Shown here: in pieces, positions 22,854-35,340 of the stretch
Layout: each line of letters begins with the position of its first letter
Position numbering within the stretch: position 1 is the stretch's first letter
Source of the DNA: the human T2T-CHM13v2.0 reference genome, Homo sapiens
Direction: 5' to 3' (one strand)
NCBI RefSeq assembly: GCF_009914755.1
Contig: NC_060945.1
DNA length: 64,000 nucleotides
Notes under the pieces: model-generated
The model's input: only the letters and a program-made list of their open reading frames with translations
The model's database searches: none
What the model was told of the DNA's origin: nothing
Position numbers and translations under genes: made by a program

Positions 22854-25522
22854 TGTGTACTGGTATAAATAAATGTAGTGGTATTTAATTCAAAAATTTT
22901 CAGTTATATGATATAATCAATTACTATTTTTTGAAGGATGAGTGGGTTTAAGCCGGTTTAAACTAGGTTCCTATGATTTGCAAATTAGTCTTTTTTTTAA
23001 AAAAGAGGTAGAAGGGTTTGGGAGGAGAGAGAGAAAAGAAGGAAAAGAAAACAGAAAGAAGAGGAAAAGAGAAAAGAGGAAAAAATGAAAAAAGAAATTT
23101 TTAAAAATACAGTACTGAAATACACCATGATTGAATATAAGCATTAATATCATGAAGTAAATTCTGCTCAAATTAATTTATATGTGCAGTGCAATTCTAA
23201 AATAATCTCAATACAATAACTAAGGAGAGGCAGAAACTGTATAAGAAAAATAAATGACATTTTGAAGATAATAGGACCATGATTAAAATTATGTTCACAT
23301 AATAAACCAATTAAAAAGAGGCCTGTGAAACAGAACCAAAAATAGTTTAATGAAATAGAATGGGGACACCCATAAATATATCATTTTAACTATAATAATT
23401 ATGGCAATTAAAAGCAGTCAAAGGTGATGGATTTTTAAATAAACAATGCTAGGATAATTATTTGATTCTAGTTATATTAAAGTATTCCATGTAAAAGTAA
23501 AATCATATGAACTAGAAGAAGGACACAGTTAATATATATATGATCTCAGATTGAAGAATAATTTTTCAGCATAAAAACAAAGGAAGAAACCAGGAAGCCA
23601 ATAGATTTCATAGCACATACATTTAAAACATCTGTACATAAAGAAACACTATAAACTAGACAAAAGACAAAAAATGAACTACGGAAGTGTTTTCAATATA
23701 AGGTAGGAAAGGAACTAATATATATATACAAAACCATAAATGAGAAAAAAGAAAAAGAATACTATAGTTGAACACCAGGTAAGGGATATAAACAGATATT
23801 TTCTAAAAATATTCAAAGAGTTCATAAATGTATTAAACATATGCTTAGTCTCCTTAAAAAATCAATAAATTTTAATTAAAATAAAATTACCATATCATTT
23901 TTACCTTTATACTCATTGACTACTAACATCAATGTATATTGCAACATTTCAATACAGAATATTTAGGATTCAATTAAATACATGGAAATTATAGACTGGA
24001 AAAATAAATTATCATGTATTTCTAAGATGGGGACTATGCAGCATTTAAGAAATTATGTTTCTGAAAACTAAGGATAACATCAGAAAGCACGTATTATGTA
24101 AAATGAAATACAATAAGATAATAAAAACCATACACATGAACCATATGAATATATATTTCTGCATATATAGCCCATATTTATATAGTACTCATTTTATCCA
24201 TGATATAGCGTATATATAATACACTGTAAACACATGTATATATTTGTGCACATACCTCCCCCCACACACACATCTTTATTGGGTAAGATATTAACCAACA
24301 CAAATGTAGTTTGCAGTGATGCTGATTAAATTGTGTTCTCAGTTTATCTGTATTTCTCTGTGTGATTTCTATTGTCTGTATTTTAATATTTTTAGTTTCC
24401 TATGTCTAAAATATTCATTTCTTAGTTTAATGAGAAAAAATAGATTTAATAGACTTCAGTTAATTAAGAATAAAAATTGCCAAAATGAATGGTATCAGCA
24501 AAAACTGAATATATCTAAAACAGAAAGATTAGTATTAATTTTTGTACCTGTTTGAAAAATTAACAAATTGAGGATCTGAGAAATAGACTAAGTAACTCTA
24601 TTGTGATTCAAAATTCACTAGCAGGTACATAATATAGAATTTTATTTCCAAAGATGTAGGAAGATAATGACTCTAGCAGTAATCTCAACAGAGAGGTAAG
24701 CTGAGAAATAATACTGAAAATCTTATTAGGTTTCAAATTATAGAAGCAGCAAAAATGTTAAAAATACCAAAGACACATGGGGAAGTTATAAATAATCATT
24801 GTAGGTTGTCCAGCATTCTCTCTGAAACATATTTCCATTACAGTTACAATGCCTGTGAAATTGAGAGCAAGGAGATTAAAACAGACAGTCCAGAGGCAGG
24901 CATAGTGCCCTGGACGTGAGCAGCTGAGACTCAAGTACCTCTAGCCTCTCTCAAACATCTCTTGTGACTCTGAGCAAGTTATTTTACCTCTCATCTCTGA
25001 GTCTCAGTTTCCTCATGTTTAAATGGAAGGAGTTGAAAGAAATGGTCTCCTGTTACTGTAACATTCTTTGATTTCAAATGCTTTTTCATGCTGGGCAAGC
25101 TGCTGAGATAAGTTTGTCTTGCAATTTTCAGTGTTTTCATTATTGATTTTATGGTGTATAAAGATAACTTAGTTTGTAATCAAAATGAACAAAAGAACCA
25201 CTAGTTTTGCTGACTCAAGAACAGAGAGCCTTAAAACTTAGCCATAAAAAGCTACAATCCTCACACATCTTAGAAAGATTTAACCCTTTTTTTTTCTGAT
25301 AATCTAAACCCCCATTCTCATCCCAAAAATCCTACATGAAAACCTCCTTCATTCTCTTTCCTCATTTCTGGAAAAAAAACGGATTTGTTAACAACAACAA
25401 TATTAACCACATGATAATAGTTTATATTCAGCTATCACTTCATGGCAAGCCCAGTGTTGTTTTATATTTCCTCTTCTTTTCTTCATTTTATATATGAAGA
25501 AAGTGAAGTTAAAAGAGATTAC

Positions 25523-25631
25523 CTGATCTCAGGCACACAACTAGAAGCCACAGGACATTTCTGGGTGAGAACTGAAAAGCATGAGCACTATATTTTTGGC
25601 ACAAGTTATTATGTAAACATTTGAGCAACAT
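25523..25631 (-). CDS. LIPI: LIPI alternative first coding exon (longer N-terminus, +21 aa)
   Basis: ATG at 25631-25629; open frame MLLKCLHNNLCQKYSAHAFQFSPRNVLWLLVVCLRS; CAG|GTAATC donor in phase 1, compatible with exon 2. Matches my recollection of the long LIPI isoform N-terminus. Confidence 0.75.
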
Positions 25632-25904
25632 AAATAAGACCCTATCAGAAGTTCACTAGCTCTTTGTTTATTCATGTATAATAAGAAGGAAGACCCTTTT
25701 GGGCCAGCAGAATTCCAAGTACGAAACAATTGACCCACTTTATGCTACGAAGACAGTGGCTTCTATGGCCACAGAGCCAGTTAAGACACAACACTGTAGG
25801 TAAAATGTTAAAATCCCTGAATGCTAGTGGCAGAAAGCAAAATAAAAGGCAAATATAGCTTTAATTATGTAGTTGTGAAGCAATCAAAACACACATTTAG
25901 AAAG

Positions 25905-26165
25905 AATACAAAATTATAGCTAGATAGGAGAAATAAGTTCTAGTGTTCTACATCAGCGTAGAATGACTATAGTTAACAATAATACATAGTTTCAAATAGC
26001 TAGGAGGATATTGAGTGTTCCCAACATAAAGAAATGGTAACTGTTTGAGATATCAATACACTAATTACTTTGATATGATCACTATGCATTATATCTATCA
26101 AAATATTACTATGTACTCTAGAAATAATAGGCACAACTATGTCAATTAATTTTTTAATGAAAAAA
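25905..26165 (+). mobile_element. L1MA-type 3' end fragment
   Basis: TAGATAGGAGAAATAAGTTCTAGTGTTC...TTCCCAACATAAAGAAATG motifs. Confidence 0.65.
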
Positions 26166-27170
26166 CAAGATAGTCAGCAACTCATTTATGCAAATGTTAG
26201 GAAAGCTGCTGAAAATGAATCTGACTACACAAGCAAAATAAAGTAGGTGTCTAACAAGTCTTTATACCAGGAATTCCCAAGAATGATCTTAAAAATGGAT
26301 GTAAAAAAAAATGACTGGGTACATCAGAATTTTCAGAATGTAATTTCCTGGGGCCAACCCCAGAGATTCTGATTTGGTAGATATATCTGCATTTTTTTAA
26401 GTGGGTAACCCAGAGAATTCTCATATGGTAGTTCATGAAGCACACACGGAGAAGTTTTACATCTGGAAATTATCTAAAAGAATTAAAGAGAAAATGAACA
26501 CGGAAAAAAACACAGTGGATTATTCTAACCTAATTTATATTGCTTTCTACGTGACCAAATCAACATTTATGTTACCTTCTTTGAGCTTCACAATAGAGTG
26601 AGATAGTATTACAGCTATTAACTGCATGTAGAGGGTTAAGTGACTTGGCACAAGATGACATGCCACCAGGACATGAATCTGGGTCTTTTAGTTCCAAATT
26701 TCATTTTCTTTCACATGATCCTTGTTTAAAGAGATTTTGGTACAATAAATTAAAATTCCTTGAGGGCATCTGATTTTAGTAAGTCAAGAAAAATTAATCG
26801 TGGATCATATCAGAAAAATACTGACACAATTTAGAGAAAAATAATGATTTTGTTGAGGCACTCAGCTCAGAATCCCATGGGTTCTGGAAAGATTACTGCC
26901 CTACAAACAGGCTTCTAAGGTTCTGTAACTTCCTATACCCTTATTACTCCAAGGTGGTCTGCGTACCCGTAGGCATCACCTGAGTGCTTAGTAGAATTGC
27001 TAATCTTGGGCTTCACCTCCAGCCTATGGATAAGAATTCGCATTTTTATCACATACTACAAGTTCTGTGACTTTACAAAAATAACTTCATTTTATTCTGT
27101 TTTTCACTTTCCTCAACTGTGAAATGAGAAAGCTGAATTATTCTACCTTTAACATCTCTTCCAAAGCACA

Positions 27171-27785
27171 CAGGAGTGGGAAACTATGTCCTGTGGTCAA
27201 GTCTGGTTGGCAAGCTAAGAATGTTTTTTACATGTTTAAATGGTTGGGAAAAAATCAAAATTATAATATTTGGTGACATGAAAGTTACAACAAATTCAAA
27301 TGTGAGTGTCCATAAATAAAGTTGTATTCGTGCACGTGCACATGCACATTTACTTGTTTATGCATTATCTACTGCTGCTTTCTTGCTTTGGTAACAAAGC
27401 TGAGTAGGTGCAAAAGAGACTGTATGGCCCACAAAACGTAAAATATTTACTATCTGGTCGTTTACAAAAATATTTCCTGGCTGGCTCAGTGGCTCATGCC
27501 TGTAATCCCAGCACTTTGGGAGGCTGAGAAGGGCAGATCACTTGAGCCCAAGAGTTGGAGACCAGCCTGGGTAACATAGTGAAACGCTGTCTCTCCAAAA
27601 ATTACAAAATTAGCCAGGCGTGGTGGTGTGTGCCTGCAGCCCCAGCTACCCTGCAAGCTGAAGCCAGAGGATTTCTTGAACCTAGGAGGTCGAGGCTGTA
27701 GTGAGCCATGAACTTCACACTGTACTCCAGCCTGGGTGACAGAATGAGACCCTGTCCAAAGAAAAAAAGAATTTCTGACCCTTGC
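27171..27785. mobile_element. MER58-like hAT-Charlie element interrupted by an Alu
   Basis: CAGG start and ...GACCCTTG end; internal AAGCTAAGAATG, GAGACTGTATGGCCCACAAAA, AATATTTACTATCTGG. Confidence 0.7.
27479..27770 (+). mobile_element. AluJ-type element
   Basis: Diverged Alu dimer with A tail. Confidence 0.87.
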
Positions 27786-29507
27786 AATATAATAACAGCA
27801 ACAACAAAAATTTCAGTGTAAATGGTTACAATAAGTTGGTAACTGTACTAAGAATAAATATGCATATATGCATATAATTTGAATATACAGATACATAGAT
27901 GTACTGTATATCTGTATAAAGTTTTTTGATCTATCTCTCCTCTCCCATTTTATTCTACTTACAATTTTTAAAAACACCTGACTAAACTGCTTTTCGGAAT
28001 GTCGTTTCTTTATTAAAGGCAGATTTAATCAATGATTTTCATGTTGACAACCATGAAACATGCCCTCCTTGAGGTATATATCAGAATCTCTAGTGGAGAA
28101 GAAAGGAGCATGTGTAATAAATAAAACACACTTGTATGAAATAAACTACTGGAAATCAACAAAATTTTTTAATCAAGTAGAGATTCAAGGAAAATGAGAG
28201 AATGCATAGAGTCTACATGGGTTAAAAATGAATTTGAGGATCAGTAAAATTTGTAATTCACTTATTTTCTATTTACTACTGTTAATATCTAAAAGTTCTA
28301 CTATTGTATTTTAATCATCATTACACAAGAATTAGCAGACAGAAACATACAAAGCAATTATGTTTGAATTTTCCCAACTGAAAATTTAGGCAACTGACTA
28401 AATAAATACTAATCAAAACAATAATATCAGAAAGTCTGTCAAATAAGTTTTTAATGTAAACTATGATATTAAAATGATTATAACTGTATTAAAAATGACA
28501 CATAAGATTAGGGGCCTAGACTTCAAATTTCTCTGGCTTTCAACTGAAGGTGCCACTATTTTACATTATAATAACATAAAATCCCTATCAAGAAACTTAA
28601 GAGTAATAATATAAATTATAAACTACATATCAGTATCATTTAGTTTCTATATTTAAATATAAAATTCAAACATTTCCAGAATTTATGGTTATCTCAAATA
28701 GCCAATTGAAAACATAAGAAATAATGGTAATTTCTAGTTAATTTTAAAGTTATTCAAGTATGCATTAACAAATTTCAAATAAATTTAAAACATAAAGGAA
28801 ATAATCTGCTCTCATAAAACCCCTACAGAAAACTATCATCTTGAATTTTAAATTTGCCACTGTTATTACCATAAAGTAGAACTAATTGTTCTACTTATAA
28901 GTCGAACAAGTAATTCTACTTTCTCATAAAGTAGAAAACGATACTCTTAATATTGATAAACTTTATTACTGTACGCCAATAAACCAGAATAAAGTTCTAC
29001 CTTATTACCATAAACCAGCTTTGTTTTTCGTCATACTGAATGAGAGCAAAAGTTGTAGTATCTGGTTATTTTGTTTGTTTTGCAATCGATAATTTATCCA
29101 AGTAAGAATTTTCTTCAAAAGTAGAGCTAGTTAAACAAATAAAATTGAAACAAGATATTTAAGGCATAATTTTAAATACCAAATTAATTTCTCCATTACT
29201 GAATTTTTTTCTCTTGAGTATTTCTATTTATTCTCTAGTTACATCTTTTTTTAAAAAAAGGTTTTCTAGTTACTAATTATCTGGCAAGGAAATAAAATGC
29301 AAAATGTCAACTTATTAAACAAACACATGCACACACACACGTACACACACAGAAGTTTTCTTAATAGTAATGTTTGTTATAATTAGTACCAATAATCTAA
29401 CATATTTTTATCCCATTATATCATAACATTCTTTATCCCAGAATACAGACCACACTATTTTATATGCAATTTTTAAAGATAAATCAAATTATTAATTAAT
29501 ATCTTAC

Positions 29508-29553
29508 CAGATCTCACCCAGCACATCAAACAAAGAAAAATGTATACTCTCAT
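29508..29553 (-). CDS. LIPI: LIPI first coding exon (signal peptide)
   Basis: ATG at 29553-29551; MRVYIFLCLMCWVRS hydrophobic leader; CTG|GTAAGA donor in phase 1, matching exon 2. Confidence 0.92.
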
Positions 29554-31999
29554 TTGGAATCTGAGAAAAGCAAAAACAGCACTCAATTCACCAAAAAGGA
29601 AATTCCGTAACTCATTGAGGTTTCTCTTTGGTAGGATCATCACAGGCTGGCAGGTTCTTCTGTAAAAGTTCACTGATTTTTGCTCCTCCCTCTTGGTTGA
29701 AAAGGTGAGGTAGTTTGTTTTCTCCCACTTTAGCTTGTGGTTGTGGGAAGGATTTTTAAGTCACAGGCTCTGTAATAAGTCACAAACAAACCTTCAGCTA
29801 CACAAGTTGAATTTAAGGGAATGATAAATCTAATTACATCTTTCTGTATTCCTTTTAACCTCAGGATTTCAGAAGCGGTCAGGAAAATATGCAAATGTGA
29901 TGTTAGAAAATGCTAGAAATGGAAAGAGTCAGAAAAAGTTGTGGTTTATATTCACTTTGACTACAAACTAAGATATCTTTATATACCATAAATCAATAAT
30001 GAAAGCCATATCCATTAAGCTCTTTCAAGTATAAAAGATGAGCTTTTCATATTTATGTTATTTTACATCCCCAAAGCAGGGGCTATTTTAACATTCAAAA
30101 TTTTGGCTCATCACTTGAGGCTAAAAGGTGAAAATTATAAAAAAAAAAGTATTTAATATGATGACCATTTTAAAATTAGCATACATTTTCTTTTTACATG
30201 TTTACTTAATTATCTTCTTTTCTTAGCAATGGACTTTAGTAAGCAAGAAAAATTGGGAGTTGTTCTAAGTACATAAATTGAAAGTTTAAAAATTAATTCA
30301 TTTTTAAAAAATTCAAGTTTCTCTAAAGTTCCAAAAATACAGTAAGAACAGAAGTGTTTTTTGTATGTTATAAATCTGCAGAAACTAATCTGAGGTCTGG
30401 GGAAGTATTTGAGAAAATTCACAAACAAAATGAAGTATTAGTTTAAAAAAATCACAAACATTTAACTGCTGAGGAAGTTCCATCATTATTTTGAACTGTC
30501 TGATCTCTGGGTGTTTTACATGAGATTTCCATTTTTTAAAAAATACCACCACTACAATTTGTTTGAAGACCAAAAATAATCTAGGTCCTTCCACAGCACT
30601 TAGCTGTAAGAACTGCACCTCTCTAACAAAGATATAAATAAGCCACATCATTTCAGAATATGGGAAGAAAGATAATGTGTCATACATCCTAGAACAAATT
30701 TTTCCTAACAAATTTTACTTAATAAATTAAAATACAAATCTTTCCTCCTTCACTTATAATTTCCTTTTCTCTTTGTGCTTTCAATGTGGCATTATAATAT
30801 GACTCTTGCACATTTACTTTCATCTTTATGAGTTCATACTGAAAAATACTGGCATATCAGGCAGTATAATATAGAGTTTCAAAATTAAAAATCATGCTTC
30901 TTCATTATCATGTATTTTGCCTACTGCCAATATGAGAAAGATGAGGTTATTAATGTTCATTGCATTAAATAGGAAAATATTGGGGGATGACAAAGTTACA
31001 AAATGCCAATAGTTTAGTAAGACAATCTATTTGAGCACTTGTTTAGTCCTCCTTGGATATAAAAAATGATTGTAAGTAGCTTACATACACACTTACAATG
31101 TAAACATTAACTCAAAGGGGATGTTCATGATGATGATGTGATGATGATGATGAAGATTTAAAATTTATTGAGCCCTATGTATCAGGCGTTCTTCAAGCAC
31201 TTTACAAGTGAGTTAATTAGTGTTTGAGATGGAAAATCATTGTTTATCACAATATATTTTGTCACAACCTTTTATTAATTTGTCAATGTGTCAAAATGTT
31301 TAACAATCTTACCCTTTGACTCAGCAATTAAGCAACAAAGATACTTCCTACAGAAATCCAAGACACTTTCCTACAGACACATCCAAGGTCCTTTTATGTG
31401 GCAAATGGCCTACATGTGCACAAATATATGAGCAAAGACATTCATCTCACCATTCCAATAACAGTCAAAAAATGAAAGCAATATAAAATCTAACAATGAG
31501 AGATTAGTCTAATTAGGTATCTACTGTGGATTAAAACTAATGATACAGATTGATCAGTATTTATTGGTGTAAAAGGCCTTCATTACACCTTTTTCATTAC
31601 AAAAAGTTTTAGAGGGCAGAGGGCAAGCTAAAAAACAGTATTATATAGCATGCTTTATTTTCCTAAAGTGTGATATATATAAATATATATATATATTTTC
31701 CTAAAGTGTGATATATATATATTTCAAAGTCTGGAAGGTTTTCCTCCAAAATAGTTATCTCTGCATGATAAATTTGTCAGTAATTTTTACTTTATTTCCT
31801 TAAATTTTAACAATATTTATTTATAATAAACATCTAATACACATAAAACAATTGAAAAACTGTATTTACTTGACAAAAATATGGTTCAGAAAAAATCAGA
31901 ATAAAGACAAAATAAGTGTTTAAAAAAGTGAAGACAAAAATGAGTTCAATTTAAAAAAGCATCCAATAAAATCCCTTAATAGTAGTTGGCCAACCTCCT

Positions 32000-32043
32000 T
32001 TCCTTCCTTCCTTCCTTCCTTCCTTCCTTCCTTCCTTCCTTCC
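32000..32043 (-). repeat. (GGAA)11 microsatellite
   Basis: 11 consecutive TTCC units on the plus strand. Confidence 0.97.
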
Positions 32044-32396
32044 TTCTGTTTCAGTTGTTCATTCACTTATGCAACTTTTATTAAGTACCTATTGATTTCC
32101 AGGCACAGACTTTGTTGTTGGGGATACAAAGTAAAGACATTAATTTATTTAATCTGTATTCTTTCAATAGCTATTTATTATACACCTACAGGTGTGTCAA
32201 AGATTGTCTTAGGTACTGAAATATATTTACTCTATACTAGTTCCCAGTGAGAAGGACTTGACAGAAGTGTACCTAGGGAACTATGGAAGCACACAAGTGG
32301 AGTGGCCAGCTAATTTGGAAGGCAGAGTTCAGAGAAGCATTGCAGGACATGTTGCCTGGGCTTAACTACAAAAGAGAGTAAGAGTTGGCTGCACAG

Positions 32397-32690
<294 letters not shown>

Positions 32691-34689
32691 GTTGGCTGGG
32701 CAAAAGAAGATAAAGAAATGAGCTCTAATTATACATATATAGACATACAGAGGTATACATGTATATATACATATATTTTCATTTATTATATGTTCATTCA
32801 GCTAGGGACATCAGACATCCTGATATAAATGAAGAAAGGCTAGCTCTTTATAGAGTGTTACATGTATTTAACCCATTAAAACCTGATATATGACTAATGG
32901 TACAGTAAATACTGAAAGTGAAGTGAATTATTTTTAACCTACTACTAGATTTATTACCATGCATGCATTCAATATGAGTTAAGAAACAGAACATGCTTAC
33001 ATTAGAAAAATGATATATTGAGATCATATTCTGAAAAAATTGCTAACTACAGAAGCTGACTTTCAGAGTTTATAATATTAACTAAGTATTCTAGAATTAT
33101 AAGCACTATAAACTTATGTACGGCCAGAAGAGGATATTATAACACCAAAATTATGCACATTTGTAGACAAAGAAGGATGCAAATTTCAATAGAACAATAT
33201 AATATGAACATTAATTACAAGTGTAGTTAAAGGTTTGTAGCATACGCACTCATATACATGCAATGGTTTAAACTGAAACCTGAAGATACAGCTTGCATAT
33301 AAGAAGTGTCTGAGGGGAATTCAAGGAGGAAATATGTTGCTTTGATGAGATTTATGAAGTAAATGAATACAAATAAATCAAGAGGTCTACACATAACAGA
33401 GACTTGCAAGTATCCATTCATTTGATCAACATATATTTATTTGCCTACAATATGAGTGTTTCCTTAACTCCTTCTTACTGTACCGCAACTCTACTGATGA
33501 TAGAGGAAAGAAAAAGGAAAAAAAAAAATGGAGACAGGACTTATATCAGTTGAAGGTAACTACTGAAGTTACTAGCATTTATATTATATTTGTGAGGGTA
33601 GAAAGGCTGTCTCTCCCAAAGTATAAGCTTTAGGAGGTCAGACTTTTATATTTCCCTTTGTTTTCCAAGAATTAAGCATTCAGAAAATACCTATTAAATG
33701 AAGTAACTATATTTAGTCCAATCCATTCCTTAAGAAACAGAATCCGAATTCCAAAGAGAAATTACTTGTTCAAAGTAATAAAACTATGTAATGTCAGAGA
33801 TCAATTAGAAATTAGGATTTCCTAAAATGTGTACCTTTTCATTAGAAAAGATGACTTTTTTTGGTCCATCAACCAGATAAAAGCATGCTTCCTCAATTCA
33901 AAATGAAATTTTATCACGATGCCAAACTAAAGGTCAAATAATGTTCTGATCACCTATATGATATTCATGAGATGATCTCAAGGTCCTATGTAGACGTATG
34001 GTAGCTTCAGAAAGGAAGCCAAGTTAACAGTTGACAGCTGATTTATCAAAGTATTGAGATTCTAAGTTTTCTTTCTCCTTTCTTGTAATTTTATTGTTCA
34101 TAAGACTTTTATTAAAAACAAAAATTATCCCCAAGAAAGAACTAAGCCTTTAGCCTGGTACACCATATACAAAGTATAGCCCTGAAACAAAGTACAGCCG
34201 TTGGATCCTGACACAAACCCTAGCTGCCATCCTCAAAAATTCTGGCTTAGACACAAAACTGGCTCACTCTCACCAGTATATCCCTTGGTATTTGCTTTCT
34301 CAAGTTCCTTTTGGAGTCCACTTAAAACCTCTGCGACCAGTTTCAAAAACTCATCTAGGGAGCACTTTCTAGGAAAATAAACTTTAATTCTAGTTTTCTG
34401 TTGTATCCACATCCATGCAAACATCGATTCTTTCAAAAATTATTTATAGTTTAATATCTTCATGATTTGTTCATTTATTCTTTGGACCCAAAGAAATGTA
34501 TCTCCCCGCATTTGCCTGGGAGCTTCTGCAATGAAGTTACCACAATTTAAATCATCTCTACAGTGACTTTATTTAAAATGTTGATTGAATAAATCCAAAC
34601 TCAATTAATGTGCCAGAAAAAAAGGAAGCCACCCCACTAGCTAAAGAGTAAAGCCCTTTCTGCATTCATCTTTCTTACTCTCACCCACT

Positions 34690-35340
34690 CTCCCACCGCC
34701 CAGCCCTACGCCAGGCGAGGGAGCAGTGCGGTGGGCGGTACCCCAAGTCCGCTGGGGGCGTGGCCCTGGAGCCATGCCTCGCCCCCAGCGCGCGCTCCCG
34801 GCGCCGGCCCCGCCCCCTCACCCAGGCGGCGCCGTAAAGCCGGAGAAGGGGCGGGGTCTCAGCTCCTACTTCATTCTACGGCCGAGACCGGAGGATGTTC
34901 CCTGCTCAGGAGGAGGCCGACAGGACCGTGTTTGTTGGGAATTTAGAGGCCCGAGTTCGGGAAGAGATTCTGTACGAGCTGTTCCTTCAGGTACCGTCTC
35001 TGGGAAGGGGCGGCGGAGGGGCGGAGCACGTCGGGCCGGAAACATAGCGCGCACCTGGACCACCCGGAGCCCGGCCCCCTTCCGTCCCATCCTGAGCAGG
35101 GGTTTTAATTTCGTTTCCTCTTGGCGCACCTGTCTCCAGGTGAGCGGCTGGGGAGTGAAATGAGGGCGCGTTCCCCATCCCCATCCGCGCTGCAGAGTCC
35201 TGGGGTTGGGCAGGGACGTGGTTCCTTCAACCCCCGTTTCTGATTAAGGGCTTCCCAGAGGCTGCCTGGGCCTCGGGTGTGCGCGGGCAGAACCGAAAAC
35301 AGCCTGGTCACTGTTCTCCGTCAAGTAGTAAGCACGCCTG
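34690..35340. promoter_or_regulatory. CpG island promoter of RBM11
   Basis: The only GC/CpG-rich unique stretch in the window. GC boxes (CCCCGCCCCC ~34808, GGGGCGGGG ~34847), GGGCGTGGC ~34756, no obvious TATA box. Spans the RBM11 ATG. Confidence 0.9.
34895..34990 (+). CDS. RBM11: RBM11 coding exon 1 (RRM, RNP2)
   Basis: ATG at 34895; MFPAQEEADRTVFVGNLEARVREEILYELFLQ; RNP2 motif VFVGNL; donor CAG|GTACCG; 96 nt. Confidence 0.96.

Noticed and set aside
31657-31722. Duplicated TTTTCCTAAAGTGTGATATATAT
   Set aside because: Ordinary slippage next to (TA)n; no spacer-repeat array structure.
34233-34436. 67-aa minus-strand ORF with helical-looking sequence
   Set aside because: No recognisable family and a non-ATG start; only its internal splice-like sites were retained as a hypothesis.
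34726-35311. Several overlapping Arg/Pro/Gly-rich ORFs
   Set aside because: Expected by-product of GC-rich CpG island sequence; the real frame is RBM11 exon 1.
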